A DNA stretch of 55,788 bases from Fidelibacterota bacterium (GCA_011046365.1 DSAS01000024.1:1-55788), one strand, 5' to 3'; positions 38,915-50,027 are shown, numbered from the stretch's first letter. The notes: generated by a model from the sequence alone, not told the origin. Numbers and translations are program-made.

Positions 38915-41074
38915 CTAAATCCGGGTGACAAACTTCGCTACAATTGTCTTTACCCCACAGCTGCGGAAGCTGATCCGCAGTTTTGCCTGTTTCCCACAGC
39001 CGTTAACGCTTAAGACCTGTCCAACACCGAAGATTTTATGCGACACCCGGCAGCCAGCGCTGATTTCAGAGCTATGCGCAAAGGAGGTTGAATCCCGCCG
39101 ACTGCTGCGCTTTGTCTGCGGCTGTCGCGATGCAGATATCACTCCCTCCCGACCGTAAGCCGTTTCCAGCAATTCCGGAGGAACTTCGCTGAAAAACCTG
39201 GATTCCGGAAGATACTCGATTTCACCGGCGCGACTGCGTCGTTGAGCCGTCGTCAAAAATACCTTATCCATCGCCCGGGTCAATCCAACGTAAAACAGAC
39301 GACGCTCTTCTTCAAGTGCTTTATCACTGGTATCCCGCTCCAGCGGAAAGAGCCCCTGATTCAATCCGCAAATAAAGACCACGGGAAATTCCAGTCCTTT
39401 GGCACTGTGCAAGGTCATCAATGAGACGCTGTTTTTCTGATCCTCCCAGGTATCAATATCGGTAATCAGCGAGACCCGCTCGAGATAATCTTCCAGATTG
39501 GCATCATCCACGGTATGACAGTATTCAGAAATATCGTTCAGTAACTCATCAATATTTGCCAGACGCTGAATGGCTTCTTCCCCGCCCTGATCTTTATAGT
39601 ATTTCCGCAAACCGATTTCGTCAATGACAATCCGCGACCACTCTTCAAAATCCAGCTGTTCACGTGCGCCCCTGATGCGCGCTAGCATGTCCAGAAATCC
39701 CCGAATGGCATTCGTGGCGCGGGTAGACAGGTCAATGAACTCCAGGTAAGCCAGGGCATCAAACAGGGTAATCCCTTTTTTGCGCGCAAAATCATCGAAC
39801 TGTTGCAGGGTTTTCTCGCCGATCCCACGCGGCGGAAAATTCAGAATCCGGCGCAGACCTATTTCATCCTGGGGATTTGAAAATATGCTAAAATAAGCCA
39901 GAATATCCTTGATCTCTTTGCGCTCATAAAACTTGGTCCCGCCAATGATATTATAAGGAATGTTATTGCGGCGCAGAATTTCTTCGAGAATGCGGGTCTG
40001 GGCGTTGGTGCGGTAAAGAATGGCAAAATCTTTAAAAGCCCGCTTATTTTTTATAATCTCTTTTTGAATATGGGCGGCAATTCCGGCGGCTTCGGCGTAA
40101 TCGTTTTCTGCTTCGATCTTGACCAGCCGATCGCCGGCGGGTTTCTTCGACCAGAGCGTCTTTTGCGCCCGATTGGGGTTATTGACAACCACGGCGGTGG
40201 CGGCATTTAGGATATTATTGGTAGAGCGATAATTCTGTTCCAATTTAAAAACCCGGCATTCGGGATAATGGGCATCGAATTTCAGGATGTTTTCCACATT
40301 GGCGCCCCGCCAGCCATAAATACTCTGATCATCGTCTCCGACGACACAGATATTGCGATGCTCTTTTGCCAGAATATCAATCAGGTCAAATTGCGGCCTG
40401 TTGGTATCCTGGTACTCATCCACCAGGATGTACCGGTATTTCAGACGATACTTTTCCAGCGTCTCCGGAAATTCGCGAAAGAGTCGCAATGGCAGGAGCA
40501 GCAGATCGTCAAAATCCACTGCATTGGATCGTGCCAGGGCTTTTTGATAGAGCGGATAAAACTCTTTGACAATAAAATCCAAACGGGCACCCTGCCGCGG
40601 TTTAAATGCTTCCGGACTGGTCTGCCAGCTTTTCAAATAGGAAATCCGTGCCAAAATATTCCGGGGTGTGTAGCCTTCCGGATCGAAATCGGTGTTACTG
40701 ATGATCTTCTTGACCAGCTGCTGCTGATCCGCATCATCGTAAATCGAGAAGTGGCGGGTGTATTCATCAAGGTTTTCAATCTCCCGCCGCAATATTCGGG
40801 CACAGATCGAATGAAATGTTCCCACCGTAATAAATGCCGACTGTCTGCCGACAAATCGGGCGACCCGCGTCTGCAGTTCCTGGGCGGCTTTATTGGTAAA
40901 AGTGACCGCCAGAACATATTGCGGCATCACCCGCCCGGACTCGATGACATAGGCGATTTTATGCGTCAGGACTTTGGTCTTGCCGCTGCCTGCTCCGGCA
41001 AAAATCAGCTGCGGTCCGTCACAGTATGCGACCGCTGCCTGTTGTTGAGGATTGAGACCGTCTAAAGGATTCAA
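38915..41074 (-). CDS. pcrA: UvrD/PcrA/Rep superfamily I DNA helicase
   Basis: LNPQQ, AGAGSGKT, TFTNKAA, VDEYQD, VGDDDQSIY, LEQNYRS, TLHSAKGLEF, EERRLFYV and a C-terminal VSHKIFGVG domain. TTG start. Confidence 0.93.
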   Translation of the reverse strand: MNPLDGLNPQQQAAVAYCDGPQLIFAGAGSGKTKVLTHKIAYVIESGRVMPQYVLAVTFTNKAAQELQTRVARFVGRQSAFITVGTFHSICARILRREIENLDEYTRHFSIYDDADQQQLVKKIISNTDFDPEGYTPRNILARISYLKSWQTSPEAFKPRQGARLDFIVKEFYPLYQKALARSNAVDFDDLLLLPLRLFREFPETLEKYRLKYRYILVDEYQDTNRPQFDLIDILAKEHRNICVVGDDDQSIYGWRGANVENILKFDAHYPECRVFKLEQNYRSTNNILNAATAVVVNNPNRAQKTLWSKKPAGDRLVKIEAENDYAEAAGIAAHIQKEIIKNKRAFKDFAILYRTNAQTRILEEILRRNNIPYNIIGGTKFYERKEIKDILAYFSIFSNPQDEIGLRRILNFPPRGIGEKTLQQFDDFARKKGITLFDALAYLEFIDLSTRATNAIRGFLDMLARIRGAREQLDFEEWSRIVIDEIGLRKYYKDQGGEEAIQRLANIDELLNDISEYCHTVDDANLEDYLERVSLITDIDTWEDQKNSVSLMTLHSAKGLEFPVVFICGLNQGLFPLERDTSDKALEEERRLFYVGLTRAMDKVFLTTAQRRSRAGEIEYLPESRFFSEVPPELLETAYGREGVISASRQPQTKRSSRRDSTSFAHSSEISAGCRVSHKIFGVGQVLSVNGCGKQAKLRISFRSCGVKTIVAKFVTRI

Positions 41075-41086
41075 AAAGGTTACTTT

Positions 41087-42148
41087 CTACTTTTTCGAAT
41101 TTCGAGCGACTTCCCGGCGCACTTTCTGAAAGCGACGTTTGGCTCTCAAGAAACTATTGTAGTCGCTGTGGAATGAATGGGTGCCATCGCCCACGGCTAC
41201 CATGTAAAGGAAATCGGTTTCAGCCGGCCAGGTGGCGGCTTTAATTGATTCCAGCCCGGGATTATTGATCGGACCCGGCGGCAGACCCCAGTTACGGTAA
41301 GTATTGTAGGGTGATTGAATCAGCAGGTCTTCCTTCAGCAGACGCCGGGGACCGTCGGGAATGATGTATTGGATCGTGGGGTCCGATTCCAGGCGCATCC
41401 GCTTTTTCTGCCGATTTATGTAGACCGAAGCCACCAGGGTGCGTTCGCTGTCCACGATACATTCACCTTCCACAATAGACGCCAGCGTCAGTACCTCATG
41501 CAGCGTACGTCCGGATGACTGAATTGCCTGCAACAGCGAATCATCCACCATCTCATGAAAGAGCGTCACCATGCGCCGAATCACGTCAATCGGTTGATCG
41601 GAATCGTTAAAATAGTACGTCTCCGGGAAGAGATATCCCTCCAACGACGGTGACTCAATCTGCAGTTCCTCCAGAATCACCGGATCGTCAATTAATTTCA
41701 GAAAATCCTCTGCCTCGAAATCGAGTTGCCGGGCGACCAGTGCGGCGATCTGCCGGGCTTGATAGCCTTCGGGAATCGTGACCTTAATGGCATGATTCTG
41801 CGACGTGGACAAGGTTCTGAGGAGGGAACGGTAATTATGGACATTCTGTAGATTGAAAAAACCGGCTTTCAGCGACCGGTTTTTCAGCATGAGATGGGCA
41901 GCCAGCACGAAAGATTTCTGATTTTTAATGATCCCCTGCTCTGTCAGCTGGTCGGCAATCTGACTTAGATTCGATCCGCGGGATATGGCTATTTTCGTTT
42001 TTTCAGCGGGAATCGTCACCGGAGTATAGATGATCAAGAGGCGCAGCGTGTACAGAATTGCCAGCAACACAATGGCAACCGCGAGATAGTTATTCTTATT
42101 GATATCATTTAAAAAGATTTTAATACGCTCTAACTTAGATTTATCCAT
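41087..42148 (-). CDS. mltG: Endolytic transglycosylase MltG (YceG)
   Basis: TM helix, VTIPEG, LEGYLFPETY, LASIVEGE, LESDPT, SPYNTY, GLPPGPI. Confidence 0.95.
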   Translation of the reverse strand: MDKSKLERIKIFLNDINKNNYLAVAIVLLAILYTLRLLIIYTPVTIPAEKTKIAISRGSNLSQIADQLTEQGIIKNQKSFVLAAHLMLKNRSLKAGFFNLQNVHNYRSLLRTLSTSQNHAIKVTIPEGYQARQIAALVARQLDFEAEDFLKLIDDPVILEELQIESPSLEGYLFPETYYFNDSDQPIDVIRRMVTLFHEMVDDSLLQAIQSSGRTLHEVLTLASIVEGECIVDSERTLVASVYINRQKKRMRLESDPTIQYIIPDGPRRLLKEDLLIQSPYNTYRNWGLPPGPINNPGLESIKAATWPAETDFLYMVAVGDGTHSFHSDYNSFLRAKRRFQKVRREVARNSKK

Positions 42149-42156
42149 ACAGACAA

Positions 42157-43206
42157 TTAAAATTTAAAGGGTACCGGTATAAATGTAAGGATAAAAATGA
42201 TTCCTGCCGTAATCCCGATCAATTTTTCATGCCGGTTAATCGGTGCGTGTTCATCCATAATCGGCGGATGTTTCATGCGGGTCAAAAAGTAGACCAGCAA
42301 CGCCCAGATGAGCCAGTTTGCGGAAAAAAGACTCAAGACCAGAATTGCACCCAGGGCGCCCCAGGCTATTTTTTTATACCATTTTCCCAGCAAAGCATAG
42401 GCAATATGACCGCCATCCAGTTGCCCGATGGGCAACAGGTTTAGCATGGTTACCAGCATTCCAATCCAGGCAGCAAATCCGACGGGATGCAGCATAATAT
42501 CCGCATTTTCAGGCAACTCCGGATAGATGATCGCCGTTGCGATTTTCATCAAAATTGATTCACCCAGTTGCACGCCCGCCTGGTCAGTAACCGGCGCTAC
42601 CGAGGAAAGGGACAGCCCGATAAACAGCGCCGGTACGGCTACCAGGAACCCGGCAATTGGTCCGGCAGCTCCGATTTCCACCAGCGCCCGGCGACGCCTG
42701 ACCGGTGAGCGCATTTTAATAAAGGCGCCAAAAGTTCCGATGATAGTCGGCGCCGGCAGAAAATAGGGCAAAGTAGCATCTACGTGGTGTTTGCGGGCTG
42801 TCAGAAAATGCCCCGTCTCATGCACACCGAGAATCAGCAGCAGTGTCAGCGAGAAGGGAATCCCACGGGAAATTTCGGCTGGATTATTCAGTGGGTTGCC
42901 TCCTTCCATCAGCGCCCCTGCCAACAGCGTTGTAAAGACCGTCGCGATAAACAGCAGCAGGTTGACTCGGGGAATTCCGAATAGCGTCTTTTGAAAATAC
43001 ACAATGAAAATATCCTTTCCGCCGGAATGATGATAACGCAATCGGGGAACCAACGGTTTGATTCTGAAATGAACTGATTCGGCGGTTTCGCCAGGCAGTA
43101 GATATCCCCGGACAATCAGCTTATCCCTCTTTTCAAGGACATCGCTAACCTGCATCCAGTTGGTAAGTAAGATCAGGAGCTGTTGTTTATCTGTATCATT
43201 CATCAA
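42157..43206 (-). CDS. Site-2 protease (M50) family intramembrane metalloprotease
   Basis: HETGH, GTFGAFI, AGPIAG, NLLPIGQLDGGH; many TM helices. Confidence 0.93.
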   Translation of the reverse strand: MMNDTDKQQLLILLTNWMQVSDVLEKRDKLIVRGYLLPGETAESVHFRIKPLVPRLRYHHSGGKDIFIVYFQKTLFGIPRVNLLLFIATVFTTLLAGALMEGGNPLNNPAEISRGIPFSLTLLLILGVHETGHFLTARKHHVDATLPYFLPAPTIIGTFGAFIKMRSPVRRRRALVEIGAAGPIAGFLVAVPALFIGLSLSSVAPVTDQAGVQLGESILMKIATAIIYPELPENADIMLHPVGFAAWIGMLVTMLNLLPIGQLDGGHIAYALLGKWYKKIAWGALGAILVLSLFSANWLIWALLVYFLTRMKHPPIMDEHAPINRHEKLIGITAGIIFILTFIPVPFKF

Positions 43207-43344
43207 TCGTCACAAAAACTTGGGTTGTAAATTACAATCCAATCCCTTTGAAATCAATCGGGAATGCAAAAAACACAAAATAAACCGTGGTTTAAAACGG
43301 ACACCGGTCGTAATTTCCGGGGATTTTTTCTGGGAACTCAGCTT

Positions 43345-44784
43345 ATGTCGTTGCTTGGCAACATAAAGACCAGATACCGTGCCGCTGCCGGGTACCGGGA
43401 GCTGCTGGCAATTGCCATTCCCCTCATCCTCAGTACCAGCGCCTGGTCAATTCAGCACTTCGTTGATCGGATGTTCCTGACCTGGTATTCGCCGGAATCC
43501 ATCGCCGCGGCAATGCCAGCGGGGATTTTCAACTTTTCCATTATGACCCTTTTCATCGGGACAGCCAGCTATATCAGCACCTTTGTTGCTCAGTATTTCG
43601 GCGCTCACCAGTACCGGCAGATCGGTCCCATCGTCTGGCAGGGTATGTATATTGCCATCATCGGCGGGATTTTCCACCTGCTGCTGATCCCACTGGCGAC
43701 GCCGATTTTCAATTTCATCGGTCACGAGCCGGCTATCCGGGAATTGGAAATCATCTATTTCCGGGTGCTCTGTCTGGGGGCTTTCCCGGTAATTGCCTCT
43801 TCGGCTTTTGCGGGATTTTTCAGCGGGCGCGGCAAAACCTGGCCACTGATGTGGATTAACATCACCGCCACTCTGACGAATATCATCTTTGACTATCTGC
43901 TGATTTTCGGGAACGGCGGTTTCCCGGAAATGGGCGTTCGGGGGGCAGCCATCGCTACGGTGCTCTCAAGTTGTATCTCGTTGATTATTTACCTGAGTAT
44001 CATCTTCCGACCGTCATTTTGTAAAACCTACTGCATTCTCACCGGAATCCGATTGGACTGTGCGCTTCTCAAACGACTTATCTATTACGGATTTCCCAAC
44101 GGCGTTCAGTTCTTTATAGATGCAGCCGGTTTTACCGGATTCCTGTTTATTGTGGGCAAACTCGGTCGTGATGCACTGGCTGCCACTAATATCACTTTCA
44201 ATATCAATAGTCTCGCCTTTATGCCTATGATGGGATTCGGAATCACCGTTTCGGTAATGGTCGGGCAATATCTCGGAAAAAACCGACCCGATCTTGCCCA
44301 CAAAGCCGCTTACTCCGGTTTTCACATCACCTTTTTTTATATGGCTGTCATGGTCGCCCTTTACCTCGGTTACCCTACACTGTTTATCAAACCCTTTATG
44401 GCTGGTTCCGACAGCAGAGAGATGGTGGCGATCCGGGAAATCGTAATAAGGCTGATTCGATTTGTGGCGATATACTCCCTTTTCGATACCCTGAATATTA
44501 TCTTTGCGGCAGCCATCAAAGGCGCCGGCGACACCCGCTTTGTTATGCGCATGCTGAGTGTTCTGTCGGTGGTGCTATTAATCATCCCCAGTTACCTTGC
44601 GCTGATTATCTGGAAGCAGAGTGTTTATGTCGGCTGGATCATCATTACCATTTACATTAGCAGCCTGGGTATCGGTTTCTATTTGCGTTTTCTGGGCGGA
44701 AAATGGAAATCCATGCGCGTTATCGAACCACCTCCGCCCGGTCTGCCGGCGACCTTTGCGGAAACTCCCACACCAGATATATAA
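43345..44784 (+). CDS. MATE family efflux transporter
   Basis: ELLAIAIP, FVDRMFL, NIIFDYLLIFG..GFPEMGVRGAAIAT, VGQYLG, GAGDT. Start is uncertain (ATG 43345 or 43264). Confidence 0.92.
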   Translation: MSLLGNIKTRYRAAAGYRELLAIAIPLILSTSAWSIQHFVDRMFLTWYSPESIAAAMPAGIFNFSIMTLFIGTASYISTFVAQYFGAHQYRQIGPIVWQGMYIAIIGGIFHLLLIPLATPIFNFIGHEPAIRELEIIYFRVLCLGAFPVIASSAFAGFFSGRGKTWPLMWINITATLTNIIFDYLLIFGNGGFPEMGVRGAAIATVLSSCISLIIYLSIIFRPSFCKTYCILTGIRLDCALLKRLIYYGFPNGVQFFIDAAGFTGFLFIVGKLGRDALAATNITFNINSLAFMPMMGFGITVSVMVGQYLGKNRPDLAHKAAYSGFHITFFYMAVMVALYLGYPTLFIKPFMAGSDSREMVAIREIVIRLIRFVAIYSLFDTLNIIFAAAIKGAGDTRFVMRMLSVLSVVLLIIPSYLALIIWKQSVYVGWIIITIYISSLGIGFYLRFLGGKWKSMRVIEPPPPGLPATFAETPTPDI

Positions 44785-44846
44785 AGCCTTGCACATTTGA
44801 AAAAATTGATTTATTCTACTTTACAGCAAAAGGAGGAGGGCTCGTC

Positions 44847-45221
44847 ATGGGATTATCGGTATTTATCGCTAAAATCTTCGCACTCATTTACGTCGCATCG
44901 GGAATTGCCGTATTAATCGGCAATCTGGATTTGAACGGAATTGTCAGCAATCTGAAAGAATCAACGGCGCTGACTTTTTTAGCCGGTTGCGCTGGAATTA
45001 TCGCCGGAACCGCACTTGTTCAATATCATAACCTGTGGGTCAGTCACTGGCGCATCATCATTACCATCATCGGATGGATTATGCTGATTGGCGGGGTAAT
45101 AACAGTCATTATCCCCAATCTTCTCGTTCGGCTGAAGGGATTAATCAGTTACAGCAAACCTTGGGGAGTCTTTATGATCTTCTTCGGTCTGCTTATGGGG
45201 TATTTTGGTTTTTTTGCGTAG
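44847..45221 (+). CDS. 124-aa four-TM hypothetical membrane protein
   Basis: AGGAGG RBS before ATG 44847, upstream TTGCAC-17-TATTCT, four hydrophobic helices and an HNLW motif. Confidence 0.8.
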   Translation: MGLSVFIAKIFALIYVASGIAVLIGNLDLNGIVSNLKESTALTFLAGCAGIIAGTALVQYHNLWVSHWRIIITIIGWIMLIGGVITVIIPNLLVRLKGLISYSKPWGVFMIFFGLLMGYFGFFA

Positions 45222-45264
45222 CCGGACTGACTTCGGTCGAAGAAATCCGACGATTGCGGCTATC

Positions 45265-47985
45265 TTATTTCAGTAATAACATTTTCTGGTGAGCAACCCG
45301 GTTACGCTGTTCCAATGTGATGAAATAGACGCCACTGCTGACCTTTTGTCCCTGGTAATTGCGACCGTCCCAGGTATAAATATGCAGTCCGGTCTCCGGC
45401 TGAGCGATTGTCAGCGACTGAACCTGTTCGCCGCGCAGACTAAAAATCCGCAGCTTCCCGGGCGAATCGTCCATCAGACGGAAGCGTATCAGGGCTAATT
45501 TACCGCCGGACGAAACATACGGATTGGGAAATACGGGAAACAGCTTCAAAGTGACGGCTGATACCGGAACCGAGCCACTGTAACGGAACGAATACTCCAG
45601 CGTATCAATTCCATCGAAGAAGCGAAAGGGAATCCGAGTTGAGCCGATATTTTCCCAATCAAGCATGACTTTTACTATGACCGTATCGGTTTTGCTGACA
45701 ACGCCAGTCTCGGGATAAAAGGTAAGGGCGTCATCGTTACTGAACAGGGCAAATTGTGCGGCAGCAGTCCCGATATTCAGCACCTTTATCGCTTTAACTA
45801 ACTGGGAATTTGGGAAAGCCCAGTCCCGCACAAACAGACCGGCTTGAGGATTATACCGATTGCGCTGCATCACTGATATCAAGAGCGAGTCCGTGCCGGC
45901 AGTTGATGAATTCACCTTCAGCAGATGGTCATATAGTCCGGGATCAAGACTCGTGCGGTCAATATTGACTGTAACTTTCTGGATACTCTCCAAACCCGTG
46001 CCACTCGTCGCCGAGAGACTCAGCCAGGCAGGAAAAGGCATATCAATCCACCAGTCAATGGCACCGCTACCGAGATTACGGATATCGAACTGACGGCTAT
46101 ACTCATTTGCCCAGAAATAGAGCACGTCCGGCGAGATTTTTAATAACGGTTCAACGGTCATTTCCCGGTGCAGAATCGCGCCGATCATCCAGTCGCCCTC
46201 CAGACTGGTACTACCGACCTGGTAATCACTGAGATTCCGATAACCGGACCCCGTGTTAAGATAGGCTCGCCCGAAACCGGCGCCCGTTTCACTATAACCG
46301 AGGCTCTGGGGTAAATCAGCGCTGCCGACGGCAATAATCAGCTCCTTGGAATCAGGGAAATTAAGGGCTGCGGGCAGATAGTAACTCGTCCACTCGCCTG
46401 CACTAGGTACGATTTCATAGGTCGCTACCGGCTCCTGATTGAGCGCCTCCAGAATCCGGATTGTACAACCAAAATCGTACCCGACATTGAATTTAATACC
46501 CGCTAAACGATTGCCGTAATTACCGGTTGCAGAAAATTTCTCGGCTGCCAGGGCATTATTGAGTTGGATGTAATAAGTCAGATCGTCGCTATATACGATT
46601 TCGGTTTTTTCGATGCCGCCAATCACATGGGCTTTAAAGGAGCATTCCTTATTTCTCTCCAGCGCGGATATCTGCGTCCAATAGGGTATAAAGGTCACTT
46701 TACTGTGGGTTAGACCAAAAGATGGATCATCATAAATAAAAGGACTTTTACTCAAATTCACCAACTCCACCGCCGTCCCGCCATCATCTTTCACGATTGC
46801 TAAGTTAAAATTCGGGTCCTCGGTAAAACTCAGTTCGAAAGACAGATTCTTGCCGGCAAAAAACTGAATATACTGCGCGGCTGAATTCTTAACAGTAAAA
46901 TTGATTTTCTCGCCTGCTTTAAAGCTACCATAAAAATAATCGGAATAGAGATCGAATATCTGCAAATCACCGTATCCGAAAATACCATCCTGCAGCCCGG
47001 AATCATTGATCAGATTCGCAATAAACCAGTTTCGCATTAAGGTACTGATATTGGAATTGTATCCGTAACTCGTCAATACCTGTTGATAACTGTCCAGCGA
47101 ATTGGCGCTGTTTGCAACGACGCTTCCGATAAAATCCAATCCGAATTGTCGGTAACAGTACTGTGTCCACAATCCGACTTTGGCGTAATCGGCGATGCTG
47201 TTATCGAAGGAGGTCAGCGGGCGGTTTGTGTCCCGCAGGAAAGGTCCGTGGGAGTGGGCATCAAAACCCAGAATGGACATAGCAAATTCAGACATACCCT
47301 CGTTCAGCCAGGTACTTTCGTTCGGATCGGCGCCGTAGTGAATCAAATGCTGTAATTCATGCGCCACAATACCCAGCGTATGGGGATCGGCGGTATTGCC
47401 GGGATTGCTGTCAATATACATAATATCGCCGAAATTGCCTTTGCCGGGTGAATTGATCTGATCCAGCGGATCAAAATAGCCAGCCATGTAAACCGGATTA
47501 TCAGTCTGGTCGAAATTGTCCCGGATATCGGTCAGTAAGACGATTAACTTGCCATCCCGGTTAACATCCGGGAGCGGTCCGAAAATTTCAATTTCGTTAG
47601 TCAAAATACCCCTGGCAGGATTGATTGATCCGGCTGGCGTCTCAAAAAGCAGCGCCTGGATAATCTGCTCGGCATCGCTTGGACTGATCCGGTTCGCCTC
47701 AATTTCGGACAGCTCGCCATAGACGATAATATTGTCCCGCTCCATTAACTTGTCGAAAACCGCTTCGATAAATCGCGGAGACGATTCGGAAATATTTTCG
47801 TAGATAAAAAATGTCGTGTCGCCGGCTGCCGGCTTCACAAGTCGTTTGACGATTTCAATTTCGCCGGTTTTAGAGATTACATTGGGATAACCACAGATGG
47901 GCACCGGACGGTCCAGGGAAAGGGGCATTGCAAAGCTGGTCACCAATTGAAAAACAGCGCCGATCAGGAGTCCGAACTTCCGCAT
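45265..47985 (-). CDS. Secreted gluzincin-type metallopeptidase (M30-like) with BACON/Ig-like domains and FlgD/T9SS-type C-terminal domain
   Basis: Signal peptide; GYFDP.D, AHELQHLIH and WLNEGMSE; IRNLGSGAIDW...WLSLS; C-terminal PVFPNPY...WDGRN.QGQKVSSGVYF...KMLLLK. Confidence 0.8.
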   Translation of the reverse strand: MRKFGLLIGAVFQLVTSFAMPLSLDRPVPICGYPNVISKTGEIEIVKRLVKPAAGDTTFFIYENISESSPRFIEAVFDKLMERDNIIVYGELSEIEANRISPSDAEQIIQALLFETPAGSINPARGILTNEIEIFGPLPDVNRDGKLIVLLTDIRDNFDQTDNPVYMAGYFDPLDQINSPGKGNFGDIMYIDSNPGNTADPHTLGIVAHELQHLIHYGADPNESTWLNEGMSEFAMSILGFDAHSHGPFLRDTNRPLTSFDNSIADYAKVGLWTQYCYRQFGLDFIGSVVANSANSLDSYQQVLTSYGYNSNISTLMRNWFIANLINDSGLQDGIFGYGDLQIFDLYSDYFYGSFKAGEKINFTVKNSAAQYIQFFAGKNLSFELSFTEDPNFNLAIVKDDGGTAVELVNLSKSPFIYDDPSFGLTHSKVTFIPYWTQISALERNKECSFKAHVIGGIEKTEIVYSDDLTYYIQLNNALAAEKFSATGNYGNRLAGIKFNVGYDFGCTIRILEALNQEPVATYEIVPSAGEWTSYYLPAALNFPDSKELIIAVGSADLPQSLGYSETGAGFGRAYLNTGSGYRNLSDYQVGSTSLEGDWMIGAILHREMTVEPLLKISPDVLYFWANEYSRQFDIRNLGSGAIDWWIDMPFPAWLSLSATSGTGLESIQKVTVNIDRTSLDPGLYDHLLKVNSSTAGTDSLLISVMQRNRYNPQAGLFVRDWAFPNSQLVKAIKVLNIGTAAAQFALFSNDDALTFYPETGVVSKTDTVIVKVMLDWENIGSTRIPFRFFDGIDTLEYSFRYSGSVPVSAVTLKLFPVFPNPYVSSGGKLALIRFRLMDDSPGKLRIFSLRGEQVQSLTIAQPETGLHIYTWDGRNYQGQKVSSGVYFITLEQRNRVAHQKMLLLK

Positions 47986-49016
47986 TAATTCCCCGGAATG
48001 GAATGCCGCTCGTCAACCGGATCGCGTGTCATCAGATCATTGAGTGCCAGCCGCGGGTCCTTCTCCTCAAATAACACTTTATGGATTTCCGCTGAAATGG
48101 GCATTAAAATCCCGTACTTTGCGATCATTTGTTGAACGGTCCGACAAGTCTGAACACCCTCCGCCACCATGCTCATTCCGTTGATAATATCATCTAATCT
48201 TCTTCCTTTTCCAATCTCCTCACCCACATATCTGTTGCGACTATGCTTGCTGCCGCAGGTTACAATCAGATCGCCCACCCCGCTGAGCCCCGCAAAAGTC
48301 GCTTCCTCAGCACCCAGATACACACCCATGCGGGTGATCTCCATTAAGCCCCGCGTAATCAGCGCCGCTTTGGAATTATCGCCCAGCCCCAACCCGTCAC
48401 ATATTCCCGCTGCAATGGCGATGACATTTTTCAGCGAACCGCCCAATTCCACACCAATTATATCGGTACTGGTATAGACTCGCAAATAATGGGAATTGAA
48501 AAGCTCCTGGACGCCTCGGGCGCTTTCAATATTTTCCGAAGCAGCCACCACAGCCGTGGGAATTTCACGCGCAACCTCCTCGGCATGACTCGGACCGCTA
48601 AGGGTTACAATCTTTGCCAGCGGATGTGGCAGAACATGATGGATGAGCTCACTCATCCGGAACAGGCTGTCCTGTTCGATGCCCTTGGAAAGATTGACAA
48701 TGAATGCATTCTCAGCAACCAGACCACTCAGATTCAGGAGCAGCTTACGCATGGTATGCGACGGCACGGCGATGACAATGAAAGCCGAATCCACCACGGT
48801 TTTTTCGAGATCATTGGAAATCTGAATGCCGGCGGGAATCGGGATGCCTTCCAGCAGCGGATTCCGCCTGGTTTTACTTAGCAGGGCGACATTTTCGGGG
48901 TAATACTCCCAGATTGCCACCGGGTGGTTTAAATTATGCAGGTGAATCGCAATCGTGGTACCCCAGCTGCCCGCACCCAAAACCGCGACTTTTGCCAGTT
49001 TGTGCTGAAAACTCAT
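47985..49016 (-). CDS. gpsA: NAD(P)H-dependent glycerol-3-phosphate dehydrogenase
   Basis: GAGSWG, LSKGIE, SGPSHA, GGSLKNVIAIAAG, GDLIVTC, SRN, VAEG. Confidence 0.97.
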   Translation of the reverse strand: MSFQHKLAKVAVLGAGSWGTTIAIHLHNLNHPVAIWEYYPENVALLSKTRRNPLLEGIPIPAGIQISNDLEKTVVDSAFIVIAVPSHTMRKLLLNLSGLVAENAFIVNLSKGIEQDSLFRMSELIHHVLPHPLAKIVTLSGPSHAEEVAREIPTAVVAASENIESARGVQELFNSHYLRVYTSTDIIGVELGGSLKNVIAIAAGICDGLGLGDNSKAALITRGLMEITRMGVYLGAEEATFAGLSGVGDLIVTCGSKHSRNRYVGEEIGKGRRLDDIINGMSMVAEGVQTCRTVQQMIAKYGILMPISAEIHKVLFEEKDPRLALNDLMTRDPVDERHSIPGN

Positions 49017-49034
49017 TTTCTGCGAATATTCTGT

Positions 49035-50027
49035 TTAAGCAATCCGACCGAGGATTACCGGGTTTTCACCCTTTTCTCTGAGTGCGGCGCTGAATTTTTC
49101 CCGGGCGGTGGCAGCCACTATCAAGATCAGACCAATCCCCAGATTGAAGACCTCGCGCATCTCCTCTGTAGCAACGTTGCCCAGTTGCTGAATATATTTA
49201 AAAATCGGCAGCCAGTCCCAGGCGTCCCAGTCAATGGACAGCTGCAGACCTGCGGGGATGATCCGGACGGTATTTCCTTCAATTCCTCCTCCAGTGATAT
49301 GGCTGATCCCGTGCAGGTCACGCTCGGTCAGAAGTTCTTCGACAATCGGATAGTAAGAGCGATGTACACGCAGTAATACATCGCCCAGAATGTCATTTAA
49401 CTCCTCAACAAAATCGGTCACCTTATGTTTTTTCAACAGTACAGCGCGCGCCAGCGAATAGCCGTTCGTATGCAAACCGCTGGAGGTCAAGCCGATTAAC
49501 AGATCACCGCGTTGAATATTGCGCGGAAGAAGCTGCTTTTTTTCCACAACACCGGTAATCGTTCCCACCAGATCAAAATCCTTTTCCCGGTAGATTCCCG
49601 GCATTTCCGCCATTTCGCCGCCGATCAGGGTGCAGTGGTTTTCCCGGCAGGCTTTTGCCAGTCCCGCTACGATCTGCGCAACTTTCGGCGGCTCCATTTT
49701 CCCCAGACCGATATAGTCCAGAAAGAAAAGCGGCTTTGCCCCCGCTGTTAAAATGTCATTGACGCAGTGATTTACGAGACACTGACCAACCGAATCGTAG
49801 CGCTCCATCAGGTTGGCGATCATCAATTTGGTGCCGACGCCGTCGGTGCTGGCTACCAGAACCGGCTGTTGATATTGCGACACCGGTAATTCATAACAAC
49901 CCCCAAAAGAGCCAACATCGGTCAGGACATTGGCATCGTAAGTCTGTTTGACCAGCTCTTTGATACTCGTCACGGCATCCCGACCCGCCTGAATGTCAAC
50001 ACCCGATTCCTTATAACTGCTTTTCAC
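49035..50027 (-). CDS. purM: Phosphoribosylformylglycinamidine cyclo-ligase (AIR synthetase)
   Basis: YKESGVDI, STDGVGTK, VNDI, GGEMAEMPG, SSGLHTNGYS, HITGGG. GTG start overlaps the upstream stop. Confidence 0.97.
   Translation of the reverse strand: MKSSYKESGVDIQAGRDAVTSIKELVKQTYDANVLTDVGSFGGCYELPVSQYQQPVLVASTDGVGTKLMIANLMERYDSVGQCLVNHCVNDILTAGAKPLFFLDYIGLGKMEPPKVAQIVAGLAKACRENHCTLIGGEMAEMPGIYREKDFDLVGTITGVVEKKQLLPRNIQRGDLLIGLTSSGLHTNGYSLARAVLLKKHKVTDFVEELNDILGDVLLRVHRSYYPIVEELLTERDLHGISHITGGGIEGNTVRIIPAGLQLSIDWDAWDWLPIFKYIQQLGNVATEEMREVFNLGIGLILIVAATAREKFSAALREKGENPVILGRIA

Noticed and set aside
40268-41065. Long antisense ORFs (this 265-aa one, also 7874-8554, 24065-24757, 31840-32445, 38216-38824)
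   Set aside because: Each lies opposite a well-supported gene, has no recognisable motif and is explained as a codon-bias shadow.
45219-45262. TAGCCG/CGGCTA hairpin between convergent genes
   Set aside because: Short interrupted stem with no clear U-tract; not enough to call a terminator.
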